This document shows positions 1-9,673 of a DNA stretch of 64,000 bases, one piece after another; position 1 is the first letter of the stretch; every line of letters begins with the position of its first letter. Location: NCBI GenBank assembly GCA_963739365.1, contig CAVUAG010000016.1, forward strand, positions 160,240 to 224,239, read 5' to 3'. The DNA comes from an uncultured Chloroflexia bacterium. Lineage in GTDB: Bacteria > Chloroflexota > Limnocylindria > Limnocylindrales > CSP1-4. The notes beneath the pieces are model-generated. The model was not told where the DNA came from and ran no database searches. It worked only from the letters and a program-made list of their open reading frames with translations. The position numbers and the translations under genes were made by a program.

Positions 1-864
1 GTGGCGGGCGAGCGCCTCGGGGCCCAGCTTCGCGGGCGAACGCTCCTCCGAGCGCGTGTGGATGAGCCACGTCCGATCGAAGAGGTCGAACGGCGGGATC
101 AGCCCCACCTGGTCGAGGTTCGCCTTCCAGTACGCCTCGATGGTGCCGACGTCCCGCCAGTAGCCCTCGAACCGGTGGCCGAAGACCCGGGCTCCGCCGG
201 CCAGCATGGCCGGGATCACGTCGTGCCCGAAGTCGCTCCGCTCGGCCGACAGCCAGGCATGGAGGGCGCGCCGGGAGAAGACGTACACGCCCATCGAGGC
301 GAGGTCGCTCCTGGGCTCGGCGGGCTTCTCCTCCCAGTCGACCACCCGCCCATCGCTGTCGAGCTCGCAGATCCCCATCCGCGTCGCCTCGCCCGGGGGC
401 ACCGGGAGCACCGCGATCGTCACGTCGGCGTCGTTCGCCTGGTGGGCCGCGACCATCACCCGGTAGTCCATCTTGTAGACGTGGTCGCCGCTGAGGATGA
501 GGACCGTGTCTGCGCCGCTCTGGTCGATCTCGTGGAGGTTGTAGCGGACCGCATCCGCCGTGCCCAGGTACCAGCCGCTGGTCTGGGCCGACATGTAGGG
601 TTGCAGGAGCTTGATGCCCAGGCCGCGCGGCCGGTCGAAGCCCCACGGACGTCCCGTGCCGACGTGATCGTTGAGGGAACGCGGGTTGTACTGCGTGAGG
701 ACGAGCACGTCGTCGATACCCGAGTTCGCGCAGTTGGACAGGCTGAAGTCGATGAGCCGGAACTTGCCGCCGAAGGGAACGGCCGGCTTGGAGCGGATCA
801 TCGACAGGATGGAGAGCCGCTCGCCGGCGCCGCCCGCCAGCACGACCGCGAGGACGTTGCCCAT
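1..864 (-). CDS. glgC: glucose-1-phosphate adenylyltransferase (N-terminal 288 codons; C-terminus runs off the left edge)
   Basis: Own reverse-strand translation from ATG (rc of 862-864): MGNVLAVVLAGGAGERLSILSMIRSKPAVPFGGKFRLIDFSLSNCANSGI...GWYLGTADAVRYNL...ILSGDHVYKMDY. These are canonical GlgC N-terminal motifs. Missing from the ORF track because the frame never closes in the window. Confidence 0.9.
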   Translation of the reverse strand, partial: MGNVLAVVLAGGAGERLSILSMIRSKPAVPFGGKFRLIDFSLSNCANSGIDDVLVLTQYNPRSLNDHVGTGRPWGFDRPRGLGIKLLQPYMSAQTSGWYLGTADAVRYNLHEIDQSGADTVLILSGDHVYKMDYRVMVAAHQANDADVTIAVLPVPPGEATRMGICELDSDGRVVDWEEKPAEPRSDLASMGVYVFSRRALHAWLSAERSDFGHDVIPAMLAGGARVFGHRFEGYWRDVGTIEAYWKANLDQVGLIPPFDLFDRTWLIHTRSEERSPAKLGPEALARH

Positions 865-1040
865 CGCCTGCCTCCGCACGGGTTCGCGCGCAACCGCGCC
901 GTGGTCCTTCTCGCCGCAGCCTACCCCGGCGACACCCCCCGTGGAGCGGTCGGAGGTCGTCACGGTGAGGGGCCGTTTGTCGCCAGTTCGCGACTGGGGT
1001 CGCGTACGCCGACGGCCGCGCTCCGTCTGCCCCCCGCCCG

Positions 1041-1818
1041 CTATTCCGTCGAGCGTCAGCTCCCAGCCGCGCAGGCGCTCCAGGAAGCGGTTCGCCGTCA
1101 GGTCCAGCTGGATCGGCGTGATCGCCACCCGGTTGTGCAGCACCGCATTGACATCCGTCCCGGGGATCGCATCGCCCATCGGTGGCGAGCCGCCCACCCA
1201 GTAGTAGGGGACGCCCCGGGGATCGTCGCGACGAATGAGCTCGTCCTGGTAGGTGCGCTTGCCGAGGCGCGCGACCTCGAAGCCCTCGCAGGCAGCCAGG
1301 GGAATCGCCGGGACGTTCACGTTCAGGAGCTGCTCCGGTTCGAGGCCGCGGGCCAGGATCGCACGGGCTACCACGCGCGCCGCGGCCATCGCCAGCTCGA
1401 AGTCGTCCGGCTTGTAGTCGTCGTGGCTGATGGCGAAGGCCGGGCAGCCGTTCAGGACCGCTTCCATCGCCGCGCTGACCGTGCCGGAGTAGGTGATGTC
1501 GTTGCCCAGGTTCGCGCCGTGGTTGATCCCGCTCGCCACGAGGTCGATCGGCCCGGGCAGCAGGCCCAGGAAGACGAGGCCCACCGCGTCCGACGGCGAG
1601 CCGTCGATCGACCAGGCCGGCGAGCCGTCGGCCAGCGTCCGCTCGCGGACGCGGAGTGGACGCCACATGGTCCGCGAGTGGCCCACCGCGCTCTGGTTCG
1701 TCTCGGGCGCGATGACCAGGACCTCGCCCAGCGGCTCCAGTGCCTGCTTGAGGGCGAGGAGCCCGCGCGACTCGATCCCGTCGTCGTTGGTGACCAGGAT
1801 CCGCGGCCGAGCGGTCAT
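1041..1818 (-). CDS. surE: 5'/3'-nucleotidase SurE (3' end undefined as sequenced)
   Basis: rc translation from ATG (rc of 1816-1818): MTARPRILVTNDDGIESRGLLALKQALEPLGEVLVIAPETNQSAVGHS...GINHGANLGNDITYSGTVSAAMEA...ITPIQLDLT. There is no in-frame stop: the frame runs through a ~60-codon low-complexity linker into the glgC ATG at 864. The end given is the nearest out-of-frame stop (rc of cta 1041-1043) and is a guess. Confidence 0.8.
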
Positions 1819-3163
1819 CCCGCGGTCCGAGGGCCGGCCGGCGGCCGCGCGTCGGCGGCAAGTCGAGCCCGGTCGGCGGCCGCCGCGCACGGCGGCCACC
1901 GCCGGCCACGCCGGCCGACGTCCCGCCGGCGTCGACCTCGTCCTCGATCTCCTCCGCCTCACCGGGGCGTGGCTCGCGCAGGACCCGCGTGGGCCGCCCG
2001 TCGCGCTCGGCGAGGCGGCGCGCCGCCCGGGCCGCCACCGAGCGCTCGTCCGGGTTGGCGGTCCGGCGGAGGAAGTAGAAGAAGAACGACGAGATGACGG
2101 CCGCGACGGGCAGGCCGAACAGGGCGCCCGGGATGCCGAACAGCTTCATCCCGACCAGGACCGAGGCGAGGACGACGACCGGGTGGAGGCCCACGGCGCC
2201 GGCCAGGATGCGCGGCTGGATGACGTTCTGGACCACGAACCAGCCCACGCCCATGATCGCGAGCGCGGGCAGGAGGGCGTCGGGCTTGGTCACCGCCGCC
2301 ACGATCACCGGGGGAGCCCAGGCGACGAAGGGGCCGAAGAACGGGATCGCCATCAGGATGCCGGAGGCCGTGGTGGTGAGGGCGGCGTACTCGAGCCCCA
2401 GGACCATGTTGCAGGCGAGAGCGATGAGGGCGTAGGTGCCGCCGATGACGACCATGCCCCGGATGAAGCCCCCGAACGAGCGGCCCACGCTCTCCGTGAG
2501 CAGGTGCGCCTCGTTGCCGTAGGCCGGCGGGACCAGGCGCAGGAGGAACGAGCCGATCGCCGCGCGATCGATGGAGATGAAGATGGCCAGGAAGAAGACG
2601 ATCAGGAGGTTGCCGATGAACCCGACGCTCGCGACGGCCACGTCCTGCAGGGGCCCGAGGAAGGTCTGGGCCTGGGTGGCGAGGCTCGTCAGGATCGAGC
2701 CGATCTGGGTCGAGATGTCCAGCTGGTCGAAGCCGAGCGATCGAAGCCAGTCGGAGATGGGCTCGATGAGGGCCACGAGGTCCTGCTGGAACTGGTCCAG
2801 GTTCTTCAGGAACTCGGTGGTCGAGGCGAACAGGGCGGATGCAGCGGCGACCACCAGGCCGAACGCGACGATGGCGACCGAGCCGTAGGCGATCGTCACG
2901 GCGAGGACCCGCGGCATGTAGAGGGCAAGCCGGGCCGCGATCGGCTCCAGGATGAACCCCAGGAGCCAGGCGAAGAAGAAGATCAGGATCAGGTCGGAGA
3001 AGAGGGCCCAGACGCCCGCGAGCTGCCCCAGGACGATGAAGAGGAGGGCGATCGCGCCGAGGACGAGGACGACCTCCAGCCAGCGGTGCTCGCGCGGCGA
3101 GAGGGCGGACGTGGACGGCCCCGGCTCCCGTGCGGCGGGTGGCTGCGCGGCGGGCTGATCCAC
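1815..3163 (-). CDS. AI-2E family (PerM/UPF0118) membrane transporter; both ends uncertain
   Basis: rc translation gives multi-TM text: ...WLEVVLVLGAIALLFIVLGQLAGVWALFSDLILIFFFAWLLGFILEPIAARL...LMAIPFFGPFVAWAPPVIVAAV...QNVIQPRILAGAVGLHPVVVLASVLVGMKLFGIPGALFGLPVAAVISSFFFYFLRR. Candidate GTG start is rc of 3161-3163. The core frame has no stop for at least 440 nt past FYFLRR (checked to ~1620). A TGA in another frame (rc of 1815-1817) overlaps the surE ATG as ATGA, so an indel in the Arg/Pro/Gly tail is suspected. Confidence 0.7.
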
Positions 3164-3567
3164 GTCCGTGGGGTGATCCTCGGTCGTCCGGCCGTGCCGG
3201 TCACGCCAAGCCCGGGCGGGCCTGGTGCGACCGATCGTAGCAGGGCTGCCCAACCCCGCGGAGCCGTCCAGTGCCCACCCTGCGCCGCCTCCTCCGCCAT
3301 GCTGCGGCCGGCGCTCACTGCATGAGCATGATGGGACCTCGCGGGGGCCCAGGGGCCGGGGCAGCGCACGATCCGCGGTCCACAAGGCCGGGTAGGGCTA
3401 CCGGTGCCCGCTCCAAGGGCAGTTCAGGATCGAAGACCGAGGCCGGGACGGTCGCCCAGGGCGCGCCGTGGCGTTGGCGGCCGGCCTGGTGCGGATCTGC
3501 TCATGGAACGGTCACGATCTGGCTCTGGGCGCCGTGCGGACTGCTGACGGGGGGACGGGACCGGCAG

Positions 3568-3618
3568 CACCCGCATCACGGCAGCACCAGCACCCGCATC
3601 ACGGCCGTGATGCGGGTG
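3568..3618 (-). terminator. hairpin downstream of trpS with one 5' arm and two alternative 3' arms
   Basis: On the plus strand, CACCCGCATCACGG occurs at 3568-3581 and 3591-3604. Its perfect complement CCGTGATGCGGGTG lies at 3605-3618, abutting the second copy. It starts 22 nt beyond the trpS stop. No U-tract. Confidence 0.45.
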
Positions 3619-3639
3619 GCGCGCGGCGGACGCGCGATC

Positions 3640-4629
3640 CTACCGCAGGCCCATCTTCTCGTGGACCTCGGCGAGCGTCGCATCGACGATCGGCTTCAGG
3701 CGCGCCGCCCCCTCCTCGAGGACCGCGTCCACCCGCTGCGGATGCGCGAGCAGCTCGGCGTAGCGCTCCCGCGCCTCGGCGTAGGCGCGGAGCAGCCGCT
3801 CCACGAGGAGCTTCTTCGTGTCGACGCAGCCCGTGCGCGCCGTCCGCTCGCCCTCCCAGATCTCCGCGTAGTCGTCGCCGAAGAAGCGGTGGAGCTGGCA
3901 GACGTTGCAGCGCTCGGGGTGGCCGGGATCGGTGCGCTTGACGCGCAGCGTGTCCGTGACCATTCCCATGACCTGGCGCCGGATCTCGTCTTCGGGGGCG
4001 AAGATCTCGATCGTGTTCCCGATCGACTTCGACATCTTCTTCGCGCCGTCGGTTCCGAGGACGACCGGTGCCTCGGTGTGGACTGCCTGGGGCTCGGGGA
4101 ACGTCTCGCCGTAGCGCGCGTTGAACGCGCGGGCGATCTCGCGGGAGAGCTCGAGGTGCGCGGCCTGATCCTTGCCCACCGGCACGACGGACGCCTTGTA
4201 GAGGACGATGTCGGCCGCCTGGAGGACGGGGTAGGTGAGGAGCCCGTGGTTGACGTCGTCGGGCTGGTTCGCCCGCTTCTCCTTGTACGTCGGCGTGCGC
4301 AGCAGCCAGCTGACCGGCGTCACCGTGGCGAAGAGCCACATCAGCTCCGTCACCTCGGGCCGATGGCTCTGCACGAACAGCGTGCAGCGCGTCGGGTCGA
4401 GGCCAAGCGCGAGGAGCGCCGCCGCCATCTCGCGCGTCTGGCTGCGCATCCGGTCGGGGTCGTGGACGGTCGTGAGCGCGTGGAAGTCGACGATGCAGTA
4501 GATCGACTCGTACGTGTCCTGCAGCGCGACGTAGTTGCGGATCGCGCCGAGGTCGTTCCCGACGTGCGGCGCGCCGGATGGCTGGATCCCGCTGAAGCAG
4601 CGGACCCTGGACGGAAGCGTGCTGGTCAT
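3640..4629 (-). CDS. trpS: tryptophan--tRNA ligase
   Basis: Inside track ORF 3640..5247(-). From internal Met: MTSTLPSRVRCFSGIQPSGAPHVGNDLGAIRNYVALQ...KMSKSIGNTIEIF (HIGH-like and KMSKS motifs). TAG stop at 3640. Confidence 0.95.
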   Translation of the reverse strand: MTSTLPSRVRCFSGIQPSGAPHVGNDLGAIRNYVALQDTYESIYCIVDFHALTTVHDPDRMRSQTREMAAALLALGLDPTRCTLFVQSHRPEVTELMWLFATVTPVSWLLRTPTYKEKRANQPDDVNHGLLTYPVLQAADIVLYKASVVPVGKDQAAHLELSREIARAFNARYGETFPEPQAVHTEAPVVLGTDGAKKMSKSIGNTIEIFAPEDEIRRQVMGMVTDTLRVKRTDPGHPERCNVCQLHRFFGDDYAEIWEGERTARTGCVDTKKLLVERLLRAYAEARERYAELLAHPQRVDAVLEEGAARLKPIVDATLAEVHEKMGLR

Positions 4630-4744
4630 CGCGGGGCAGTGTACCGGGCGGCCACGGGCGGCACCGGGCGGCCCGAGGCCGGCGCGATCGGACAGCGGGC
4701 GGCGGGCGGTCCGAGGCGGGCGCGCGTCGGCTACGATCTGCGCT
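4630..4744. promoter_or_regulatory. divergent trpS / hom promoter region, both apparently leaderless
   Basis: Minus strand: TACACT (rc of 4638-4643), then 8 nt, then the trpS ATG. Plus strand: TACGAT 4732-4737, then 7 nt, then the hom ATG at 4745. Confidence 0.5.
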
Positions 4745-6022
4745 ATGTCCACTCGAGCCCCCCTCCGCATCGCGGTGCTCGGCGCCGGCACCGTCGGCGG
4801 CTCCGTCGTGCGCGCCATCCTGGATCGCCCCGAGAGGCTCGCCCCGTTCGACGGATCGCGCCTCGTCCTCGCCGGGGTCGCCGAGAAGGACCTCGCGCGG
4901 GCCGAGGCCCTGGGGATCCCGGCCGAGCTGCTGACCGATGCGCCCGCCCACCTGGTCGCGGACCCCGAGATCGAGATCATCGTGGAGCTGATCGGCGGCG
5001 ACGAGCCGGCCCGGACCCTGATCGCCGCGGCGCTCGGGGCAGGCAAGGCGGTCGTCACCGCGAACAAGCACGTCATCGCCCACCACGGCCCGGAGCTGGA
5101 GGCGATCGCCCGTCGGAGCGGCGGCACGCTCCGCTTCGAGGCCGCCGTCGGCGGCGGGATCCCCATCCTCGCGCCGCTGGCCGCCGATCTCGCGGCCAAC
5201 ACCGTCTCGCGCGTGCGCGGCATCGTGAACGGCACGACCAACTTCATCCTGACCTCGATGGGCGAGCTCGGCCAGGCCTACGACGAGGTGCTCGCCGAGG
5301 CCCAGGCGCATGGCTACGCGGAGGCCGACCCGCGCGGCGACGTCGAGGGCGACGACGCGGTCAACAAGGTGGTCATCCTGGCCCGCCTCGCGTTCGGGAC
5401 ATGGATCGACCCGGCCAGCGTCCTGCGCGCCCCGCCGTCGGTCCGCGGCCAGGGCAGGCCCGGGGTCACCGGCGTCACCGTCCGACGAGATGGAGGGGGC
5501 CAGGCTCCCTCGGCCTGGCCATGAAGCTGCTGGCCGTCGCCGAGCGCGGCCCGGCGGGGACGGTGGAGGCCACGGTTCTCCTCGACCGCCGTGCCCGCGA
5601 ACGGCGCCCTGGGCGGCACGGACGGCGTCCTCAACCGCGTCGAGGTCCGGGGCGAGCCGGTCGGCGACGTCGCGTTCTCCGGCCCGGGGGCCGGCGGCGA
5701 CGCCACGAGCAGCGCCGTGATCGGCGACCTCCTCGCGATCGCCCGCCACGGCGGCAGCACGTGGGCCGGCCTCGCGCCCGCCGAGGAGATCGCCGGTCGG
5801 GGCCAATCTCGTCGACCCCTCGCGGCCGCACGCCCCTGGTTCGCGTTCCTGCCCGGGATCGCGCCCGAGGGCCTGGAGCTGGGCGAGGCCGCGGCCTTCG
5901 AGGAGATCCATGGCGGCACCGCCGTGCGGACCGGCCCACTCACGCTCGAGCGGGTCCGCGCGGCCATCGCGCCCCACCTGCCGGACGGCGTGGACGTCAC
6001 GCTCTACCCGGTCACCGACTGA
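4745..6022 (+). pseudogene. hom: homoserine dehydrogenase, interrupted by three +1 shifts (pseudogene or assembly indels)
   Basis: MSTRAPLRIAVLGAGTVGGSVV...AAVGGGIPIL...GIVNGTTNFILT in frame 2. The homologous text continues in frame 0 (SDEMEGARL), frame 1 (LGLAMKLLAVAERGPAGTVEATVL) and back to frame 2 (STAVPANGALGGTDGVLNRVEVRGEPVGDVAFSGPGAGGDATSSAV...). Shift points are ~5480, ~5508 and ~5581. As written, frame 2 stops at 5522-5524. Confidence 0.85.
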
Positions 6023-7161
6023 TGACGGACCGGGCGGGTCACGGGGCCACCGGTCCGGTCGCCGCCGCGGCCACCTCCGGGCACGCACCGGCGATCCCAC
6101 CCGGGCGCCCTCGCCTGCTCGACCGCTACGCGCGCTTCCTGCCGATCACCGCCGCCACCCCGCGCCTCGCCCTGGGCGAGGGCGCCACGCCGCTCGTCCG
6201 TGCCGATCGCCTCGGCGAGGCGTGGGGCCTGCGCAACCTGTACCTGAAGTTCGAGGGGGCCAACCCGACCGGCTCCTTCAAGGACCGCGGGATGGTGATG
6301 GCCGTCTCGAAGGCGCTCGAAGCGGGCGCCCGCTCCATCGTCTGCGCTTCGACCGGCAACACCTCCGCCTCCGCCGCCGCGTACGGGGCGGCCGCCGGGC
6401 TCGAGGTCGTCGTGGTCCTGCCGGCCGGCAAGATCGCTGCCGGCAAGCTCCTGCAGGCGCAGGCGGCCGGGGCGCGGGTGCTCGCCGTCCGGGGCAACTT
6501 CGACGACGCCCTCACGGCGGTCCGCGAGCTGGCTGACCAGGACGAGCGCCCCATCACCCTCGTCAACTCGGTCAACCCGTACCGTCTCGAGGGCCAGAAG
6601 ACCGCGGCCTTCGAGGTCTGCGACGACCTCGGCGGTCCGCCCGACGTCCTCGCGATCCCGGTCGGCAACGCCGGCAACATCAGCGCCTACTGGATGGGCT
6701 TCCGCGCCTACCACGAGGCCGGTGCGATCGACCGCCTGCCGCGGATGTGGGGCTTCCAGGCCGCGGGGGCCGCACCGATCGTGGCCGGCCACCCGATCGA
6801 GCACCCGGAGACGTTCGCGACCGCGATCCGAATCGGCAATCCCGCGTCGTGGGAGAAGGCGACAGCCGCCCGTGACGAGAGCGGCGGCCTGATCGAGGCG
6901 GTGACCGACGACGAGATACTCGCGGCCTACCGGGACGTCGTTCGGCTCGCCGGCATCTTCTGCGAGCCGGCCTCGGCCGCAAGCCTGGCCGGGGTTCGGA
7001 AGCTGCGCGCCGACGGGCGGCTCGATGCCGATGCCACGGTGGTCTGCGTGCTGACGGGGCACGGCCTGAAGGATCCCGAGAGCGGGGCACGTCTCGTGGA
7101 GCCGCCGCTGGTGGCCGAGGCGACGCTGCCGGCTGTCATGGAGGCTCTCGGGTGGCGATGA
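6022..7161 (+). CDS. thrC: threonine synthase
   Basis: Terminal part of track ORF 3271..7161. ATG at 6022 overlaps the hom stop (TGATG). YLKFEGANPTGSFKDRGMVMAVS (PLP-lysine motif), CASTGNTSASAAAY. Confidence 0.93.
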   Translation: MTDRAGHGATGPVAAAATSGHAPAIPPGRPRLLDRYARFLPITAATPRLALGEGATPLVRADRLGEAWGLRNLYLKFEGANPTGSFKDRGMVMAVSKALEAGARSIVCASTGNTSASAAAYGAAAGLEVVVVLPAGKIAAGKLLQAQAAGARVLAVRGNFDDALTAVRELADQDERPITLVNSVNPYRLEGQKTAAFEVCDDLGGPPDVLAIPVGNAGNISAYWMGFRAYHEAGAIDRLPRMWGFQAAGAAPIVAGHPIEHPETFATAIRIGNPASWEKATAARDESGGLIEAVTDDEILAAYRDVVRLAGIFCEPASAASLAGVRKLRADGRLDADATVVCVLTGHGLKDPESGARLVEPPLVAEATLPAVMEALGWR

Positions 7162-7183
7162 GGGTTCCGGTGGAGGTGACAAC

Positions 7184-8149
7184 GTGTCGATGAGCCGCTT
7201 CGCCGACCTGGACGGCCGCTGGGTCGCCGTCGAGATCCCGGCCACGAGCGCAAACCTCGGCGCCGGCTACGACTGCCTCGCCGTCGCCCTCGAGATCGTC
7301 AATCGCATCGAGGTGGAGTGCCTGGCTCGTCCGGGCGCCGGGGTCGAGATCGCGGTGGAGGGCGAGGGCGCTGGCGAGCTGCCCGGGGACCGCTCGAACG
7401 CGTTCGTGATCGCCCTCGAACGCGGCCTGGCGGAGGTTCGTGGCGATGGTGCCGGGGAGCTGGGCTGGCGGATCCAGATGCGCAACCGGATCCCGTTGGC
7501 TCGCGGACTCGGGTCGTCGGCGGCGGCGACGGTCGGAGGGCTGCTGGCGGGGGCGGCCCTGGCAGGGGAGTCGCTGGGCGTCGAGCGGGCGCTGGCCCTC
7601 GCGACGGAGCTCGAGGGCCATCCCGACAATGCTGCCGCGGCTCTCCTCGGCGGCTTCACGGTCGCGGCCCACGGCGACCCACCGACCGCGATCCGCTTCG
7701 ACATCCCGCGCGACCTGCGAACGGTCCTGTTCATTCCCGACCTGCGTCTCGCCACTCGCGAGATGCGCGACGCGCTCCCCGAGGTCGTGCCCCTGGTCGA
7801 CGCCGTGGCGAACCTGCAGCGAGTCGCACTCGGCGTGGCCGCGCTCGCCACGGGCAGCGCCGAGGGCCTGCGCCACCTGACCGTGGACCGCCTCCATGAG
7901 CCGTACCGGGCGGTCGTCTTCCCGCAGCTCCCGGCCCTCGTGGCCGCGGCCCGCGACGCCGGGGCGCTGGGGGCGTGCCTCTCGGGGGCCGGCTCGACGG
8001 TGATCGCCTTCGCCGACTCGCTCTCCGGGCTCACCCGGATCGAGGGCGCCTTCCGGGCCGCTGCGGCCGACGTCGACCTGCCGGGCCGCGTCGAGCTCGT
8101 CGCGCCGCGCAACACGGGCGCCCGCGTGGAGCAGCCGCTCGGCTCGTAG
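7184..8149 (+). CDS. thrB: homoserine kinase
   Basis: Track ORF 7184..8149: IPATSANLGAGYDCLAVAL...NRIPLARGLGSSAAATVGG (GHMP kinase motif). Confidence 0.93.
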   Translation: MSMSRFADLDGRWVAVEIPATSANLGAGYDCLAVALEIVNRIEVECLARPGAGVEIAVEGEGAGELPGDRSNAFVIALERGLAEVRGDGAGELGWRIQMRNRIPLARGLGSSAAATVGGLLAGAALAGESLGVERALALATELEGHPDNAAAALLGGFTVAAHGDPPTAIRFDIPRDLRTVLFIPDLRLATREMRDALPEVVPLVDAVANLQRVALGVAALATGSAEGLRHLTVDRLHEPYRAVVFPQLPALVAAARDAGALGACLSGAGSTVIAFADSLSGLTRIEGAFRAAAADVDLPGRVELVAPRNTGARVEQPLGS

Positions 8150-8197
8150 GGCGCGGCGCGTTCGACCATCCTCTACGGCGCAGCCCTCGGGCACTCT

Positions 8198-8310
8198 CAG
8201 CAGCCTGGCTGCTGGGAATAACGCCGTCACGCTCGGGAACTGCGCCCAACCGCGGCTTCCGCGGACTCCGTACGCACGAAGCGCGCGAATTCTCAGCAGC
8301 GCAGCTGCTG
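8198..8310. repeat. two copies of a 17-nt palindrome CAGCAGC-N3-GCTGCTG, 96 nt apart
   Basis: 8198-8214 is CAGCAGCctgGCTGCTG and 8294-8310 is CAGCAGCgcaGCTGCTG. Both are preceded by TCT and followed by G. They lie between the convergent thrB and hydrolase genes. Confidence 0.6.
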
Positions 8311-8392
8311 GACATGCCTGACGGCGACGGTCGCCCCTCACGTTCGCCCCGTCAAGCTCGCCCCCGAGCTCACGCCCCCGCTCGGCGCGCGG

Positions 8393-9223
8393 TCAGGCCG
8401 GCGTGTTCGTACGGATGAACGCCAGCACCCGCTGCCACGCGTCGGCCGAGGCTTCGCCGAAGTCCTCGGCCTTGCGGTCGAAGAAGGAGTGCGGGGCTGC
8501 CGGGTAGGTGATCATGTCATGGGGGATCCCGGTGGCTGCGAGCGCGTCTCCGAACGCCTCGACCGCCTCGGCCGGAATCCCGCGATCGGCGCCGCCGAAG
8601 ATCCCGAGGACGGGGCCCGCCATGAGGCCGGTGGAGTCGGCCGGAGCCGGGATGTCGCCGCGGGCGCCAACAGGCCAGCCGTAGAAGCCGATCGACCCGG
8701 CGAGGTCGAGTCCCAGCGTGTTGGCGAGGAAGGAGAGTCGCCCTCCGAAGCAGAAGCCGATCGTGAAGATCGCCCGGACGCGCTGGGGGGCGCCGCCGGC
8801 CCGGTCGGCGGCGGGGCCGGCGGTAAGCCCGATCGGACTCGGCTCCCCGAGGGCCCGAAGCATGTCGACGGCGGCCTCCACGTCCCAGGACAGGTTCGCG
8901 TAGCGCGTCTCGCCCACGTGGGCCATGAAGTCGAAGTCGGTCGGCCGCTCCCGGATGCCGATCCCGGCGGTCCGCCCGAAGTAGTCGATCGCGAGCGCGT
9001 CCACGCCCGCCTCGGCGAAGCGGAGCGCCAGCTCCTCGTAGTACGGGTGCAGGCCGCGAACGTCCGGCAGGACGATGATGGCCGCCCCCGAGGGGGCCTC
9101 GGCGCGGGCAAGCAGCCCGGCGAAGCGCCCACCGTCGCCGGCCCGGAGGACCACCTCCTCGCAATCGACTGCGCCGCCGGCCATCGGCTCGATCGGCGGC
9201 CGGCTGTCGAGGTCGAAGCACAT
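8393..9223 (-). CDS. dienelactone hydrolase family protein
   Basis: C-terminal 277 aa of track ORF 8393..11308(-), from MCFDLDSRPP...: IVLPDVRGLHPYYEELALRFAEAGVDALAIDYFGR...TIGFCFGG (Cys nucleophile elbow)...YPAAPHSFFD. An AGGAG motif lies 9 nt upstream of the ATG. Confidence 0.85.
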   Translation of the reverse strand: MCFDLDSRPPIEPMAGGAVDCEEVVLRAGDGGRFAGLLARAEAPSGAAIIVLPDVRGLHPYYEELALRFAEAGVDALAIDYFGRTAGIGIRERPTDFDFMAHVGETRYANLSWDVEAAVDMLRALGEPSPIGLTAGPAADRAGGAPQRVRAIFTIGFCFGGRLSFLANTLGLDLAGSIGFYGWPVGARGDIPAPADSTGLMAGPVLGIFGGADRGIPAEAVEAFGDALAATGIPHDMITYPAAPHSFFDRKAEDFGEASADAWQRVLAFIRTNTPA

Positions 9224-9659
9224 GGGCGAGCTCCTGGATGGCGCGCGGTGTAAGCAACGGGCGCGGCGTCTCGCCATGGTAGCGGTGAAGCTCCGCGTGG
9301 TCACGAAGGGAGTTGCCGGCGGCTCTCTCGTCCGCGCAGCCCCCGCCGTTTCGGCGTCTGTCGTCTCCGCCGGCGTTCGGCTGCCGAGGGGCTCGCGCGT
9401 CGCGGCGGCTGCCGGCCGTTGGCGGCACCTGCCGACGCCAGCCGATGGTCCACGCTCGCGTGCGTACCCCCGGCCTCGGGCATCCCGGCCCAATGCCTGC
9501 CACAACGGCATCTGCCGCATGAGGGCACTGCCGCGATCGCGCCCCCGTCGCCGCGCGCCGGCCCGCCGCGACGGGCGCGGACCTGCCGGGCCCGCTCCCG
9601 CCCCCGCCGCGCTACCTGCGCTGGCCTGCGCCCCGAACGGGTCCGTTCGCCACCCACGG

Positions 9660-9673
9660 TACAATCCGCCCCG
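9660..9673 (+). promoter_or_regulatory. lysC -10 element with leaderless geometry
   Basis: TACAAT 9660-9665, then 8 nt, then ATG 9674. Confidence 0.5.

Noticed and set aside
1-3325. Long plus-strand track ORFs 1..2097 (698 aa) and 1493..3325 (610 aa)
   Set aside because: Their Arg/Pro/Gly/Ala-dominated text has no recognisable motifs. They lie antisense to clearly conserved glgC, surE and AI-2E permease sequences. They are GC-driven open frames.
5470-5590. Programmed ribosomal frameshifting as an explanation for hom, fabF and the other broken genes
   Set aside because: I found no X-XXY-YYZ slippery heptamers or downstream pseudoknot-like structures at the shift points. Several consecutive shifts per gene would be needed. 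Indels, whether real or from assembly, are far more parsimonious.
9224-9673. Lysine riboswitch or another leader in the 450-nt region upstream of lysC
   Set aside because: I could not find the L-box core elements. A TACAAT box sits 8 nt before the ATG, implying a leaderless transcript. The region is more simply a divergent promoter spacer shared with the hydrolase gene. A cmsearch with RF00168 would settle it.
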